NCBI GenBank assembly: GCA_977017575.1
Contig: CDRNVI010000039.1
Coordinates: 434,001-498,000 of the forward strand
Source of the DNA: Paramoeba atlantica
Lineage: Eukaryota > Protista > Discosea
Direction of reading: 5' to 3'
DNA length: 64,000 bases
Shown: positions 40,087 to 50,248 of the stretch, piece after piece
How positions within the stretch are numbered: the stretch's first letter is position 1
Layout: every line of letters begins with the position of its first letter
Made by a program: the position numbers and the translations under genes
The notes under the pieces: generated by a model
What the model was told of the DNA's origin: nothing
What the model saw: the letters and a program-made list of their open reading frames with translations, nothing else
Database searches by the model: none

Positions 40087-41463
40087 CTACCACCCCCTTC
40101 CCCCCCGCGCACTCTCATGAAACCCCCCACCCCCACCCCTTCCCCGACCCCCGGACCACGACGACGGGCTCGGCCCCCCTCCCCCACCCCCGCGTCCTCT
40201 CCCCCATCCCCGTCCCCCGTCCCCACCCCATGCGGGGGCCACCGCACCCCCCCGTGGGGCCATTGCCCCTCCCCGAGGCGCCGTACTCGGCCCCGGGGAC
40301 TCCCCTCCCGGGGCGGGGCCCACGCGTCGGCCCCCACGCGCCGGGACCTCCGCGGGCATCACCACCGGGGTGGTCATCTCCGGGGCGACGCCTGTGTCCG
40401 GGGCGCGTACGAACCCCGTCGCGGTGACCTTCTCCGGGAGCGTGGGGGCGCGGGGGCCGGCGCCCGTGCAGGTCTTCTCCGGGTGCTTCCCCCCACACTT
40501 CTCACACGGGTGCAGCAGGTAGCACCGCCCCTCGAGATGCCCCGCGTGGCCACAGAACACGCACTTGTTCTTGTCGGGGTGGAGCTTGAAGCAGCGACTG
40601 CTGAGGTGGCCCTGGCTGCCGCAGTGCTGGCACTTCATCATGGCTTTGTCCTTGTTGAAGCAGTTGGAGGCGTTGTGGCCGGGTTTCCCGCAGTGGGCGC
40701 AGAGGGCGCGTTCCCCGAACACCGTGGTGAGCCAGTCGGGGGAGACTTTGTTGGCTTGGGGGTCGACCTCGGATTTGGTGAGAATCCCGGTGGCGTAGTG
40801 GTCGACGTACTTTTGGGTAAGCTCCAGGACAGGGTCCACCATTTTGGGGTATTTCTCCAGTAGGTATTCCGTCAGGACAAGCATGTGACGGACATCATTC
40901 GCGGCGTAGGCCACGAGGTGATCCGGTAGCGGCCTCTCGTCCCAGACTTTACGCTTTCCTAGCTCGAAGGCGGCCTCCACGGACTTCAGCTCGTCTGAGC
41001 TCGTGAGCCCCGTGACGTGACGCAACACGTAATCCAAGTGGGAGCGTCGATTGGTGCCCTTAGAACCCCATTCCGTAGCCGTGTGAAAAAGTTGAAGATC
41101 AAGAACATTCGCAAGCTGTAGCCCCATTTGTGTCGACAAGGCTTCAACATCCTTTCGACAATCAAACATGTATTTCCGTATACTAGGGTGGCATAACACT
41201 CTTTTCGCGTAGTGCGCAACTCTGTCGGCCCCGAGCGTTAACACATCGACAATATAAACGGTAGGGTCCTCGGCTCCTGCGAGCTGTAATAGGGATATTT
41301 GCCCAAGATGTTTCGCGTGCTTTTCTTGACAAAAAGCTTCAACATCGATAGCAACCCCATTCCCACTCGCAGCGCTACCCTTTAAGAGTTTTGTAACTGC
41401 TTTTAAAGCATCTTCTGTGTCGATAAATTTGTGTGGCCACTTTACGGCTTGTCGAAGCACCAT
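40087..41463 (-). CDS. DEDDy 3'-5' exonuclease (EXD1/RNase D-like) with CCHC zinc knuckles and Gly/Arg-rich tail
   Basis: Exo I AIDVEAF, Exo II FDCRKDVEAL, Exo III YAANDV; three CX2CX4HX4C plus one CX2CX3HX4C. Confidence 0.88.
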   Translation of the reverse strand: MVLRQAVKWPHKFIDTEDALKAVTKLLKGSAASGNGVAIDVEAFCQEKHAKHLGQISLLQLAGAEDPTVYIVDVLTLGADRVAHYAKRVLCHPSIRKYMFDCRKDVEALSTQMGLQLANVLDLQLFHTATEWGSKGTNRRSHLDYVLRHVTGLTSSDELKSVEAAFELGKRKVWDERPLPDHLVAYAANDVRHMLVLTEYLLEKYPKMVDPVLELTQKYVDHYATGILTKSEVDPQANKVSPDWLTTVFGERALCAHCGKPGHNASNCFNKDKAMMKCQHCGSQGHLSSRCFKLHPDKNKCVFCGHAGHLEGRCYLLHPCEKCGGKHPEKTCTGAGPRAPTLPEKVTATGFVRAPDTGVAPEMTTPVVMPAEVPARGGRRVGPAPGGESPGPSTAPRGGAMAPRGGAVAPAWGGDGGRGWGRGRGGGGGGPSPSSWSGGRGRGGGGGFHESARGGRGW

Positions 41464-41683
41464 GTGCGTTGAGTTAGCAGATGCGAATTTACTAAAAGAG
41501 TTTAAGTAATATAGGCAAATTCGAATAGGTATACATGGAAAAGTAATTCGATTAAATTACGCATCAATACATTAACCTATTAGATTCATTGAAGTACATG
41601 TAAAATTTATAGCGAACTTATTTTATACCAATTTATAGCAAAAATGAAGGGACGTGTGAATATCCTCTAATTTCTACGCAGCT

Positions 41684-44062
41684 CTATTTTGGTACCGCAA
41701 CCCGTCTAATAGTCGGACGTCCGTGGGGGCATTCCCAGGGGTTTTGTAGTGAACCTAATCTGCTTACTACGTTACGCATGGTCAAGAAATCCAATGGATC
41801 TCCAATCATAATGCTCTTGCGGCACGCGCGCGAAGCAAGCATATCATAAACCCTAGTAGACAGTAAAATATTTGAGTTCGTGCCTATATCCGTATCTACG
41901 CATGACGATTTAATTTTGGTATTGTTGTTGCTCTCAAGATTTCTCTTTGACTGCGGCAGGAACTCAGTAGAATTGAATTGATGCCGAGATGACTCGGGAG
42001 TATTAAGCAGTTGTGTGATGACATCTTCAACGTCATAAAGAGAGTATGTTATTCCGATGGTTGTCGGTACACATAGAACCTGACAAGCAGATGAAACAAC
42101 ATAATCATCTGCTTCAACGCATTCAACATCTTTCCAATGTAGTTCAATACCATGGTTTTCTAACTGGCGCAATATTTCTCGAATTTCTATGTGACGAGGG
42201 GAAAGTGCACTGCTGAGCTCGTAGGGAACAAGAAGTCGCTGCTTTCGAACCTGCCGTTTCGCGTCCAAAACGAGAGATTCATAATTGTGTTTCTCATCTG
42301 CAGCATGCTGATCGATTATAAAAAGTTGTCCATCTAGTGACGTAAGAATGAACCCAAGGTTGAATTGCCCAAGAACGAACATCCGCAAAAAGTCAGTGCG
42401 GTCGAGTAAGCGAGGCGCATCTTGACCGACAACATTTTCTGGTGTCACTGACCAGTTTCGTGGCATCACGCGTCTGTCATTTGAGTCGGCAAAGAGTATA
42501 CATTCTGCTGTACTAACCGTCCACGAATACTTTTCCAAAGGAGCACTGTTCTCATCTCCAGACAAATTTGAATCTGAGCTCGATTGCGAAAAATCAAGAC
42601 GGATTTCTGGGTCTACAATATTTGCTTCTTCCTGTTCGTGGTCCACAATTTTCGTTGATATGTCAATAATATTGACGGGTGACGTAACCGTATTTTGATT
42701 GTCCATAGTCCGATCTTGATTGTAGTTAGATGTGTTTGATTTTTCCCATACAGTGGGTGTATATTCTAGCGGTCCTGGAGTAAATAAAGGCGTAACATCT
42801 AATTCATTCTTCTTCCCAGTCCTATCATTCGAAGACGATGAGTTTCGAGTACGATAAGCAAGACTGCTGTTTACCTTCTTCTGTATTGGAGTCGTGATTT
42901 CTTGACCAACCGCTGAGACTGTCGGCGTGCACATAGAATATTGGCGCTTTTCAGTACTTCGTTGTTCCTGAAAATGAGCTGCAGCATGTCGGTGCAGCAA
43001 GTCAGCAAGGACTGGCTCATCGTGTAGAATGACCGTTCGCTTATCAGGGGTTACATTATAATCAACAGATCTTCCTGAATCTTCCATGTTCATGTTCAAT
43101 ATGTAGGCAACCGATAGCGTTTGTGATTTTCGAGCTAAGGTCGATGCAGTCGGATCTATACGAGACGCCAACAACGCTTTGTGGATCTGTGGGATGTCAA
43201 CGGGGCGTCCATTGACGAAAAGATAGTGTAGAGCTGAGGACGCTGAGGCAACAAGCCCTAAAGCCCCTTGAACGGTAATACATGTTGGCACCTTCGACAT
43301 TTCTTCGCTGTCCAAGCCAGAATCCTGCTCGAAACTCCACGACACGGTGGTAAGAGAACGTGCGATTTTGGACCCAAAAACGCTAGCGATACCTTGTATA
43401 ACGGGTTGACCTAATTGTGAGGAACCAACAACGGCGTTGTTGTGCAAAAGACGAACTCGACAGCCAGGTTGTGAAGTGATATGGTCTTTTAAAAGGCATA
43501 AAAAACAATATTGACGCCATTTGTGTAGTGCGGTGGAAAACTCCCGCTTACAGGATGTCACGAAATGTTTGCGCCGAACCGGAAGTGCATCGAACAAGCC
43601 TGAAAGGGTTACATTAGTTCCGGAAGTGTGGGTGATGTTTTGTGAAACTTTCGTGCTTGAGAGCTTTCCATTAGCATACATGCAGGTTCGTTCGATCCCC
43701 TCTTTCTTACTTGTTACCTCCACCTCTTTACACAGTGCGCATAGTGACGCCAAGGCTTCCCCACGAAAACCGAAAGACCTTACGGTTTCACACTCTTCGA
43801 AAGTACTAAGTTTTGAAGTTTGGTACAACGTTGCAAGTCCCTCTAATTCACTGACATCCATACCGCTGCCATTGTCTATTACAACAATATTTCCCGTCCC
43901 AAATTCTTCCACTAAAACATCGACAAAGAGTGCTCCGGCGTCAATACTATTTTCTATTAGCTCTTTTACCGCAGAGAAAAGATCAGGTATTACCTGAGAA
44001 CAGCGTATTAAGCTGGAAGAGGCATGTGAAAGTCGAGCAATGGAACGGCTCATTGACTCCAC
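41684..44062 (-). CDS. PMS2: MutL homolog PMS2 (yeast PMS1), endonuclease-bearing
   Basis: AVKELIENSIDAGA, DNGSGM, GFRGEALASL, IIDQHAADEK, ACRKSIMIG, CPHGRPT. Confidence 0.96.
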   Translation of the reverse strand: MESMSRSIARLSHASSSLIRCSQVIPDLFSAVKELIENSIDAGALFVDVLVEEFGTGNIVVIDNGSGMDVSELEGLATLYQTSKLSTFEECETVRSFGFRGEALASLCALCKEVEVTSKKEGIERTCMYANGKLSSTKVSQNITHTSGTNVTLSGLFDALPVRRKHFVTSCKREFSTALHKWRQYCFLCLLKDHITSQPGCRVRLLHNNAVVGSSQLGQPVIQGIASVFGSKIARSLTTVSWSFEQDSGLDSEEMSKVPTCITVQGALGLVASASSALHYLFVNGRPVDIPQIHKALLASRIDPTASTLARKSQTLSVAYILNMNMEDSGRSVDYNVTPDKRTVILHDEPVLADLLHRHAAAHFQEQRSTEKRQYSMCTPTVSAVGQEITTPIQKKVNSSLAYRTRNSSSSNDRTGKKNELDVTPLFTPGPLEYTPTVWEKSNTSNYNQDRTMDNQNTVTSPVNIIDISTKIVDHEQEEANIVDPEIRLDFSQSSSDSNLSGDENSAPLEKYSWTVSTAECILFADSNDRRVMPRNWSVTPENVVGQDAPRLLDRTDFLRMFVLGQFNLGFILTSLDGQLFIIDQHAADEKHNYESLVLDAKRQVRKQRLLVPYELSSALSPRHIEIREILRQLENHGIELHWKDVECVEADDYVVSSACQVLCVPTTIGITYSLYDVEDVITQLLNTPESSRHQFNSTEFLPQSKRNLESNNNTKIKSSCVDTDIGTNSNILLSTRVYDMLASRACRKSIMIGDPLDFLTMRNVVSRLGSLQNPWECPHGRPTIRRVAVPK

Positions 44063-44360
44063 TTCGCAACTGGATATCTCGATTCCGTGCCAGTAAAGAA
44101 ATTTTTGCTACTGAACCAGGCCATTTAGTATACAAACTAAAACTTTTCAGGGTTCAATACTGAATCAATTTAGTAAATTGATTTAGTAAATTGAATTTAC
44201 TCAAAAATAGAGTACTCCGCAAGTTACTGCCAAACTTCTACACTAAAAATGTGTAATATTTTTGTCACAAACAATGGAATACTGACATACGTTTTGCCTG
44301 CTACATTACACTACGTTTTCCGAAAGCGTGATGACCTAGTGATGCAGAAATAAGCAACCT

Positions 44361-44735
44361 TCAATCTCGTTGCATTTCTTTCCTATCCCACACGTGCCTA
44401 CAATTCACGCACACGCAAATAAGACCCATATTCTCTGGGTCTAAGCGATATGGATTCATAAAAAGAACGACCCCCTTCGTAGTTTGACACGAGGGGCAGA
44501 GAATTGTGTGTACTCTTTGCAGCGTGGCATCATCGGCGTGAGCTGCAAGATCCTGTACGGAGGCCCCAAGTTTAGATACACCGCCCTTTAGGTCATGTAT
44601 TTCGACAAGTGAGTCGACTCCGTACACTTTCTGCCGGCATTCTGCACGGCGACATTCATATTCCAAACGTCTGTTGACTACATCCTCCGTAGGGTATAGC
44701 AAATTGTGACAGGCAGGGCAGAACTGGATAGGCAT
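44361..44735 (-). CDS. RPB9: RNA polymerase II subunit RPB9
   Basis: IQFCPACHNLLYP..C..C zinc ribbon; DATLQR..CPSC...C..CRHVW second ribbon. Confidence 0.9.
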   Translation of the reverse strand: MPIQFCPACHNLLYPTEDVVNRRLEYECRRAECRQKVYGVDSLVEIHDLKGGVSKLGASVQDLAAHADDATLQRVHTILCPSCQTTKGVVLFMNPYRLDPENMGLICVCVNCRHVWDRKEMQRD

Positions 44736-45035
44736 AGATGCTAAAAAATAGAGAAAAAGGTAGATTCGTGAGTTTCGAAGTATACATGTACTTTGATATA
44801 AGGTTTACAATCTGAAGTTGTAGCAACGGTAGAGGTTCACGAAGCACGACAGGTATAATGTTCAATGCTTGGGTTTCAATATACATATTGATATTAGCCA
44901 TGAGCCGGGTAACCTATCGTACCTCCAGGGTGTGTGATGTAATCATTTCTTTCATTCAACTTTAATAATACAAGTTAAAAGTTACAAAGATCATGTATTG
45001 TATTCATCGAGTGCGGAGCTGCGCATCCAAGCTCG

Positions 45036-45650
45036 TCAATCTGCCCTTGTTTTGAGGATTCTTGTCACGATTTTCTGAGGCGTCACGATAAACACTTTTG
45101 CACCCCAACCACTGATACAATCGCGATCTAGAGCGGACAGCAAAGACTGTGAGATGACTTCGAAGAGCTCTTCGGGCCCAAGGCCAGGACGCCACAGTGT
45201 CTCACATATTCCCATCAGAGAGTCCTCGCAAGTTCCGGTGCACACAAAGTCCTTCGGGGTGCTCTTTGCCCCAATCAGATCGGTAGAGGCAAGCATAACG
45301 CTGTTGTCCGGATTGAACCCCGCAATCACTGGCTCAACAAACCAAGGCCCAAATCGTCGCTCATAAAACATGTTGGACAACATCGACGTAAACGAGCTGG
45401 GGGTAATATTTCGCTCCTCTCTGAGTTTGTACATGTTGCATCGATATGTGAGCTTTTCGAGCACAGTGGTACGATCTGTGGCTAGTCCACTGAGCGCTAG
45501 AAACAGCCGATCGTGCACGCAGTGAACTTTATCACACTCGTTTGAAATGTTTTTCCCCTGAGACACGAGGCCGAGATCGGAGGCAATTGCAAAACATTGG
45601 TCGCCCGCCATGGCAACACAGCACCCGCCGTTGTATTGCATAATAGACAT
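45036..45650 (-). CDS. PSMB3: 20S proteasome subunit beta type-3
   Basis: MSIMQYNGG..VAMAG..C.AIASD, YERRFGPWFVEPVIAG, DRDCISGWG. Confidence 0.96.
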   Translation of the reverse strand: MSIMQYNGGCCVAMAGDQCFAIASDLGLVSQGKNISNECDKVHCVHDRLFLALSGLATDRTTVLEKLTYRCNMYKLREERNITPSSFTSMLSNMFYERRFGPWFVEPVIAGFNPDNSVMLASTDLIGAKSTPKDFVCTGTCEDSLMGICETLWRPGLGPEELFEVISQSLLSALDRDCISGWGAKVFIVTPQKIVTRILKTRAD

Positions 45651-46010
45651 TGTGAATGCTTCCTAGAAAATATGAAAGTGGAAAGTACGAAGCTTGTTTA
45701 TTTTTATCGAAAAGGTTAACAAAACTTATTTTTTAAATACGGTAGAAAAATTAGGAACAGTCAAACAAAATTTATGCAACTACATATGAACTGACTCGTA
45801 AACAGACTTAGATGAAAGAATCTTTCGAATCATATGAAATATTTCAAGATTGTGTGTAGTTAAACCTTCCACTAACATCTCAACTGGTGCAGTACTGATC
45901 AAGCCGGATAATTCAGATGCCTACAACTGTAGGTCAAAGAGCGAAAATTAAAATTACTTTATAGATCAACATGCGATAATTTCCGATGAAAGCAATCTAT
46001 AGATTTTCCC

Positions 46011-47504
46011 TCAATGAACTCTGTACACAAGTCCAACTTGGCAATAGGGCTGTAAACCGGGAGACTCTAGAAAGTCAGTTTGGGGAAAATCTGGGCCACT
46101 GGAAAGTGTTTTCAAAAGACTCAACGATCTTTGCTCGCGGATCGAAGCCTGGTGAACCAAAGAACCAATTGTGACTGATTGAGAAATGCTGGACTTTTTT
46201 GAGGCTTCGAGCCGGAGTGGAGTTTGAGGGTGTGATATTACCATGTATCCATCTGTAGTCGCACAACGAATAGCGTTCGCCATAATACGTACCAGACGTT
46301 CCTTAAGATTTGTCTGGGTAGAGGTGCGGTCAGGTGTTCCTTTCTTTTCCTCTTGTTCTACAGGAGATTTGTCTTCTCCATCCTTCTTTTCCAGTTTTAA
46401 GCGCGACCCCACCTTTGCATTCCAAAACGCCATGGGAATATTAACACAAACTGCATGGAAGCTTCGACTTTCGGCGTCCAGTAAATAGGTCTCTACATTT
46501 TCACAATCGCTTGGAGCATCCAAAGTAGCTGTATGTGTGATTCCTTGAGTGATGTTCTGCAAAAGAGAGTGGGCTTTCGGCCTGTCATCAAGATAAAGAA
46601 CATATTTTGCACCGCCGTATAACGCTACCGCGGTACTATACCCCGCACCGCCAAAGATATCAAGCACGTTGGTTTGCTCGGATAAAAGTTGGAGCGTACC
46701 GCGGCAGCCCCTGTGGCGATTACTCAATATATATTCAGGCGTTTCCATATCCCCTAAGTTCTCCAATTGAAACGCGACCCCATTTTCCACACAACTGCAC
46801 GGGACCCGTTCATTTCCCATAAATGTGTGTCGTCGGGAGCGAAGATGCGACATCCAGAATTGATCCACACCGAGTGGGGTAAGGAAGGTGTACAGCGCAT
46901 GCAGGGCCCCATGCAACGGGCCATCCCCGAGCAACCGAACCCGACAGGTGTTCCCGTAGAGATCTGCGGAGAGTCCAGGGATTTCATCCTCGGTGCCATG
47001 CATGACTCGAGCGCAGTTATTCGAGGCATACAGACAGCCGAGATCTTGACGATGGCGATAGGCACTGCGTACTTTGTGCATCCAGTAATCAGCATCGATG
47101 CGGGGAATGGGTTGACTGGGGTTACGAAAACATTCGAAGACCTCCAGCATCGCGGTGTGGGTTTCGAGAAAGGCCAGTGCTACGGTCGGGCCGTTAGCTC
47201 GCACCACATGAGGGGCAACCACCTCGACCGGTGTCCCGGGTGGGAGATCTGCGGTAAGGTAATCCCAATTGCGAGCTTCGATGAAACTTTTGGGAATTCT
47301 CCGTTTTCGGTGGGTAAGTTGCGAAAAGAAAGTTTTATGTGGTGAGCCCTTATTGGGAGAAAAATGTGCGGGATCTAGAAATGCTTTCGGTAATTTGTTG
47401 GCGACAACAGAAGGATAAATGCTAGAGGTGTAGAGCGGCTCAGTGGGAAGTATTTTAAGCTCTTTTGCGACCGAATGTCGTATGCATGAACGTAGAAAAC
47501 CCAT
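46011..47504 (-). CDS. RlmI/RlmK-like SAM-dependent methyltransferase homolog, probably mitochondrial
   Basis: RVMHGTEDEIPGLSADLYG resembles RlmI RLxHGESDGLPGLxVDRY; VENGVAF; NVLDIFGGAG...GGAKYVLYLD motif I. First ATG at 47504. Confidence 0.62.
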   Translation of the reverse strand: MGFLRSCIRHSVAKELKILPTEPLYTSSIYPSVVANKLPKAFLDPAHFSPNKGSPHKTFFSQLTHRKRRIPKSFIEARNWDYLTADLPPGTPVEVVAPHVVRANGPTVALAFLETHTAMLEVFECFRNPSQPIPRIDADYWMHKVRSAYRHRQDLGCLYASNNCARVMHGTEDEIPGLSADLYGNTCRVRLLGDGPLHGALHALYTFLTPLGVDQFWMSHLRSRRHTFMGNERVPCSCVENGVAFQLENLGDMETPEYILSNRHRGCRGTLQLLSEQTNVLDIFGGAGYSTAVALYGGAKYVLYLDDRPKAHSLLQNITQGITHTATLDAPSDCENVETYLLDAESRSFHAVCVNIPMAFWNAKVGSRLKLEKKDGEDKSPVEQEEKKGTPDRTSTQTNLKERLVRIMANAIRCATTDGYMVISHPQTPLRLEASKKSSISQSVTIGSLVHQASIREQRSLSLLKTLSSGPDFPQTDFLESPGLQPYCQVGLVYRVH

Positions 47505-47697
47505 ATAACAACTCAAACTATAAATGCTGCATTCGACTTCACTAAGGATCAAATCTAGATTTCATAATTTTTCAGAAAATACCTTCAAAATGTAAAGTGC
47601 ATGAGTGCAAAAAAACTACGTGCATCAGAAGGAATTGATTGAAATACAGCTAAATGTTTTCAATCAGCTCCGTACTAAAACGGTCTGGCAAAGGGGT

Positions 47698-48138
47698 CTA
47701 TATCGTTCGTTCAGAAGGGTAAAAGATTTTGGTAGCGCACGCAAAGTTCCGTAACTTTTCAGGTATCAAACCTTTGAAGGTTTGCTGATATAGTGAGGAC
47801 TGATGTAAAGGCTCAATAATGCTGTTTGTGTTGACAGGTTTTGTAATTGGCCTAAGGACCGGTGCTTCAGTCTGAGGAAGTTGATGCCCAGTGTCAGTAC
47901 CCATGTTGTCGTGCACACGATTTTCTGATGTGTCTTTCGAATGTTTAGGGGCCTCGGGCGGAGCGGTATTCCTAGAAGAATGTAGTAGCATGCCGCCGTC
48001 CTCATACTCTGATATGGATTCTAGCGAGTTTTCATCGCGCGGTTGAGTTTCCTCCTGTGAACTTGGAGGTGTTGGTCCCACATCCTGAGACATCATATGC
48101 GCTGTTGTTGTGACAGTCTTATCACTCTGTACATACAT
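47698..48138 (-). CDS. Hypothetical disordered protein
   Basis: 146-codon ATG ORF on the gene-bearing strand filling an intergenic gap; no motif recognised. Confidence 0.4.
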   Translation of the reverse strand: MYVQSDKTVTTTAHMMSQDVGPTPPSSQEETQPRDENSLESISEYEDGGMLLHSSRNTAPPEAPKHSKDTSENRVHDNMGTDTGHQLPQTEAPVLRPITKPVNTNSIIEPLHQSSLYQQTFKGLIPEKLRNFACATKIFYPSERTI

Positions 48139-48621
48139 GACGTTCTAAAGAAGAAAGATCAGCGTAGACCGTGATGTAGCAAAATTCAGATCAAAGGAAT
48201 AAGTCCTGCAATAACCTTACAAACATAAAACGAACAATACACAGTTTATTTTCCATCTACTGACAAACTACACTAGTTATACAAGCTATCGGAGCACAGA
48301 ACGTAAAAAATCACAAATCCAATAGAGAAGTCGGGAGAACCTTGCAGAATACGTATGAACTACAAGATTATTAGGAAAATTAAAACTTTGAAACCGAAAA
48401 ATGGAAAGGGATTTAAGATCGTACTAGCAACTTGAACTGAACCTATCCTCTAATTCAAGTGAAGCATGTATCTGAACAGTGAAGGACGTGCATCAGAAAA
48501 AGGCAATTCGCTTTTTACTCTTGCATCCACTGATGGATATCATTTGGTCTACTTGTTCTCGCCCTTCATTCATACCACGATATTGTACGATAATCGAACA
48601 ACGATTTACACCATTTCGGTT

Positions 48622-48912
48622 CTACGCTCTTGGTAGCTCGGAAACATCTAGGCCAGCCAACCTCATGTCTTCTTCTGTCCATTCCTGCATATCCTTCCTA
48701 AATTTTCGCACGAATTTATCAAGTTCATAACGTTGTGAGGTTTTATTAGAAACTATCACTCGGTACAATCCCGTCTTAATGGCGAACAATTCTATTCCAG
48801 CCCCGATCGCTGTGAAGCCCAAAAACACAATAACAAAGCGGTAAGGAGGCCAGATGGAGAAAAATGCGCGACCAAGTCCTACAGGTTGATTTGTTGCGCG
48901 GGAAATTATCAT
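48622..48912 (-). CDS. Small mitochondrial membrane protein, SMIM4/UQCC5-like
   Basis: YRFVIVFLGFTAIGAGIELFAIK..LYRV...K..QR aligns by eye with SMIM4 YRFLPFFFVLGGTMEWIMIK..FYDV..RK..ER. Confidence 0.5.
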   Translation of the reverse strand: MIISRATNQPVGLGRAFFSIWPPYRFVIVFLGFTAIGAGIELFAIKTGLYRVIVSNKTSQRYELDKFVRKFRKDMQEWTEEDMRLAGLDVSELPRA

Positions 48913-49270
48913 TACAATAACCAGAAACGGTCAAGTTCTTAAAATTTACCAATGAACAATTACTATTCTTAACAGTTCAATGCATCAGAATTCCAATATT
49001 CCTAGAGTTCTACACATTTCAGTGTAACATTTCATTTTGTATCACATTTCAGTGTAACATTTACTGAACCAAATTTGCACGGAATGATTCATTCGAATAC
49101 CTGTGATGTACCTTAGGCTCAAAAGATACGTGTGTATGAATATAATTGTATTCCCTTTTTTACGCACACGCCTAAGTACATGCTCGCGTCATCTGTGTAC
49201 CAGATCTAGTTTTCGTGATATCTTGCCACATAGTTTTCCTCCCATCGGCTTCCTCTTGTACATCCATCAC

Positions 49271-49960
49271 TCATTTATATGCAGTCGTAATCACGCTCTG
49301 CGGGAGTGGAACGGGAACGATCTCATCAAAACAGTTCTCGGATAAATTCACACGGATAAGTCCCTCCGGTAGGCGCGAGACGTCTACCACACCGCTGAGG
49401 TCATTGTTATGGAGCGAAAGGCGACGCATTGTTGCAGGTAGTGATCCCAAATCTACGGTTCCGTAGAAGTCATTTCGTGCCAGGTAAAGCGCTTCCAGTG
49501 TCCTCGGGAGCTGGCACAGATCCAACGTTCCGCTGAGACGGTTAGCGCTGAGTGACAAATAGCGAAGTGCCGAGGGCAGTGTGTCAAAGGTAGGGGATCC
49601 GGTAAAGTGATTATGATCCAGGCGCAGATCTAACAAGGAAAGCGGAAGATTTAGCAGCGTCAGCTTTCCAGATAAGCGATTACGACTACAATGCACGTGT
49701 TCTATTTTTTCCGGAAGATCCTCCAGGTTCATGGCTCCAACTAGCTCACGAGCGCTCCAATCAAAAGCGACCGCTACTCCTTCGGAATTACATACTACCG
49801 CATACCACTCACATGCAGGATGAGCGGAAGTCCACGTCTCATGGCAGGGTGCAATATTTCTAACGAGTCGTGAAAGTTCTAATTCCTGCGGAAGCCTTGC
49901 CCCACGGACCTTACTCGCCCGACTGTCCTCCGCAGCAACCTGTGTAATCACGAAAAACAT
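49271..49960 (-). CDS. Leucine-rich repeat protein (expanded family, copy 2)
   Basis: CEWYAVVC cap and LSGxLDLxxLPxxLxxL repeats; first ATG at 49960. Confidence 0.9.
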   Translation of the reverse strand: MFFVITQVAAEDSRASKVRGARLPQELELSRLVRNIAPCHETWTSAHPACEWYAVVCNSEGVAVAFDWSARELVGAMNLEDLPEKIEHVHCSRNRLSGKLTLLNLPLSLLDLRLDHNHFTGSPTFDTLPSALRYLSLSANRLSGTLDLCQLPRTLEALYLARNDFYGTVDLGSLPATMRRLSLHNNDLSGVVDVSRLPEGLIRVNLSENCFDEIVPVPLPQSVITTAYK

Positions 49961-50248
49961 TACGCTTCGTGAGGTGTAAGACACAAAACTTCGTTTTAAA
50001 AAAGAACTACAGAAACAGTGAGAGTCCCAATCAAAGCCTCTGAAAACTATTCTTCATGATAATACAAAGTAAGGAATCGATTTCTCTTTGAAAAATTTGC
50101 AAGTAAAACATAACAAGAAACTTCGGTACCTACGGTACTTCGTGCATTATGTGTGAAGATTCAAACAAAGGCAAGAAACGCAAACAGTGAAGCATACGGG
50201 GGCTGGGTGTCAACCTTCCACCCATTAAAAATGTCAAACCAAGCATTA

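Noticed and set aside
40115-40863. 248-aa plus-strand ORF opposite the exonuclease
   Set aside because: Pro/Arg-rich shadow caused by island composition.
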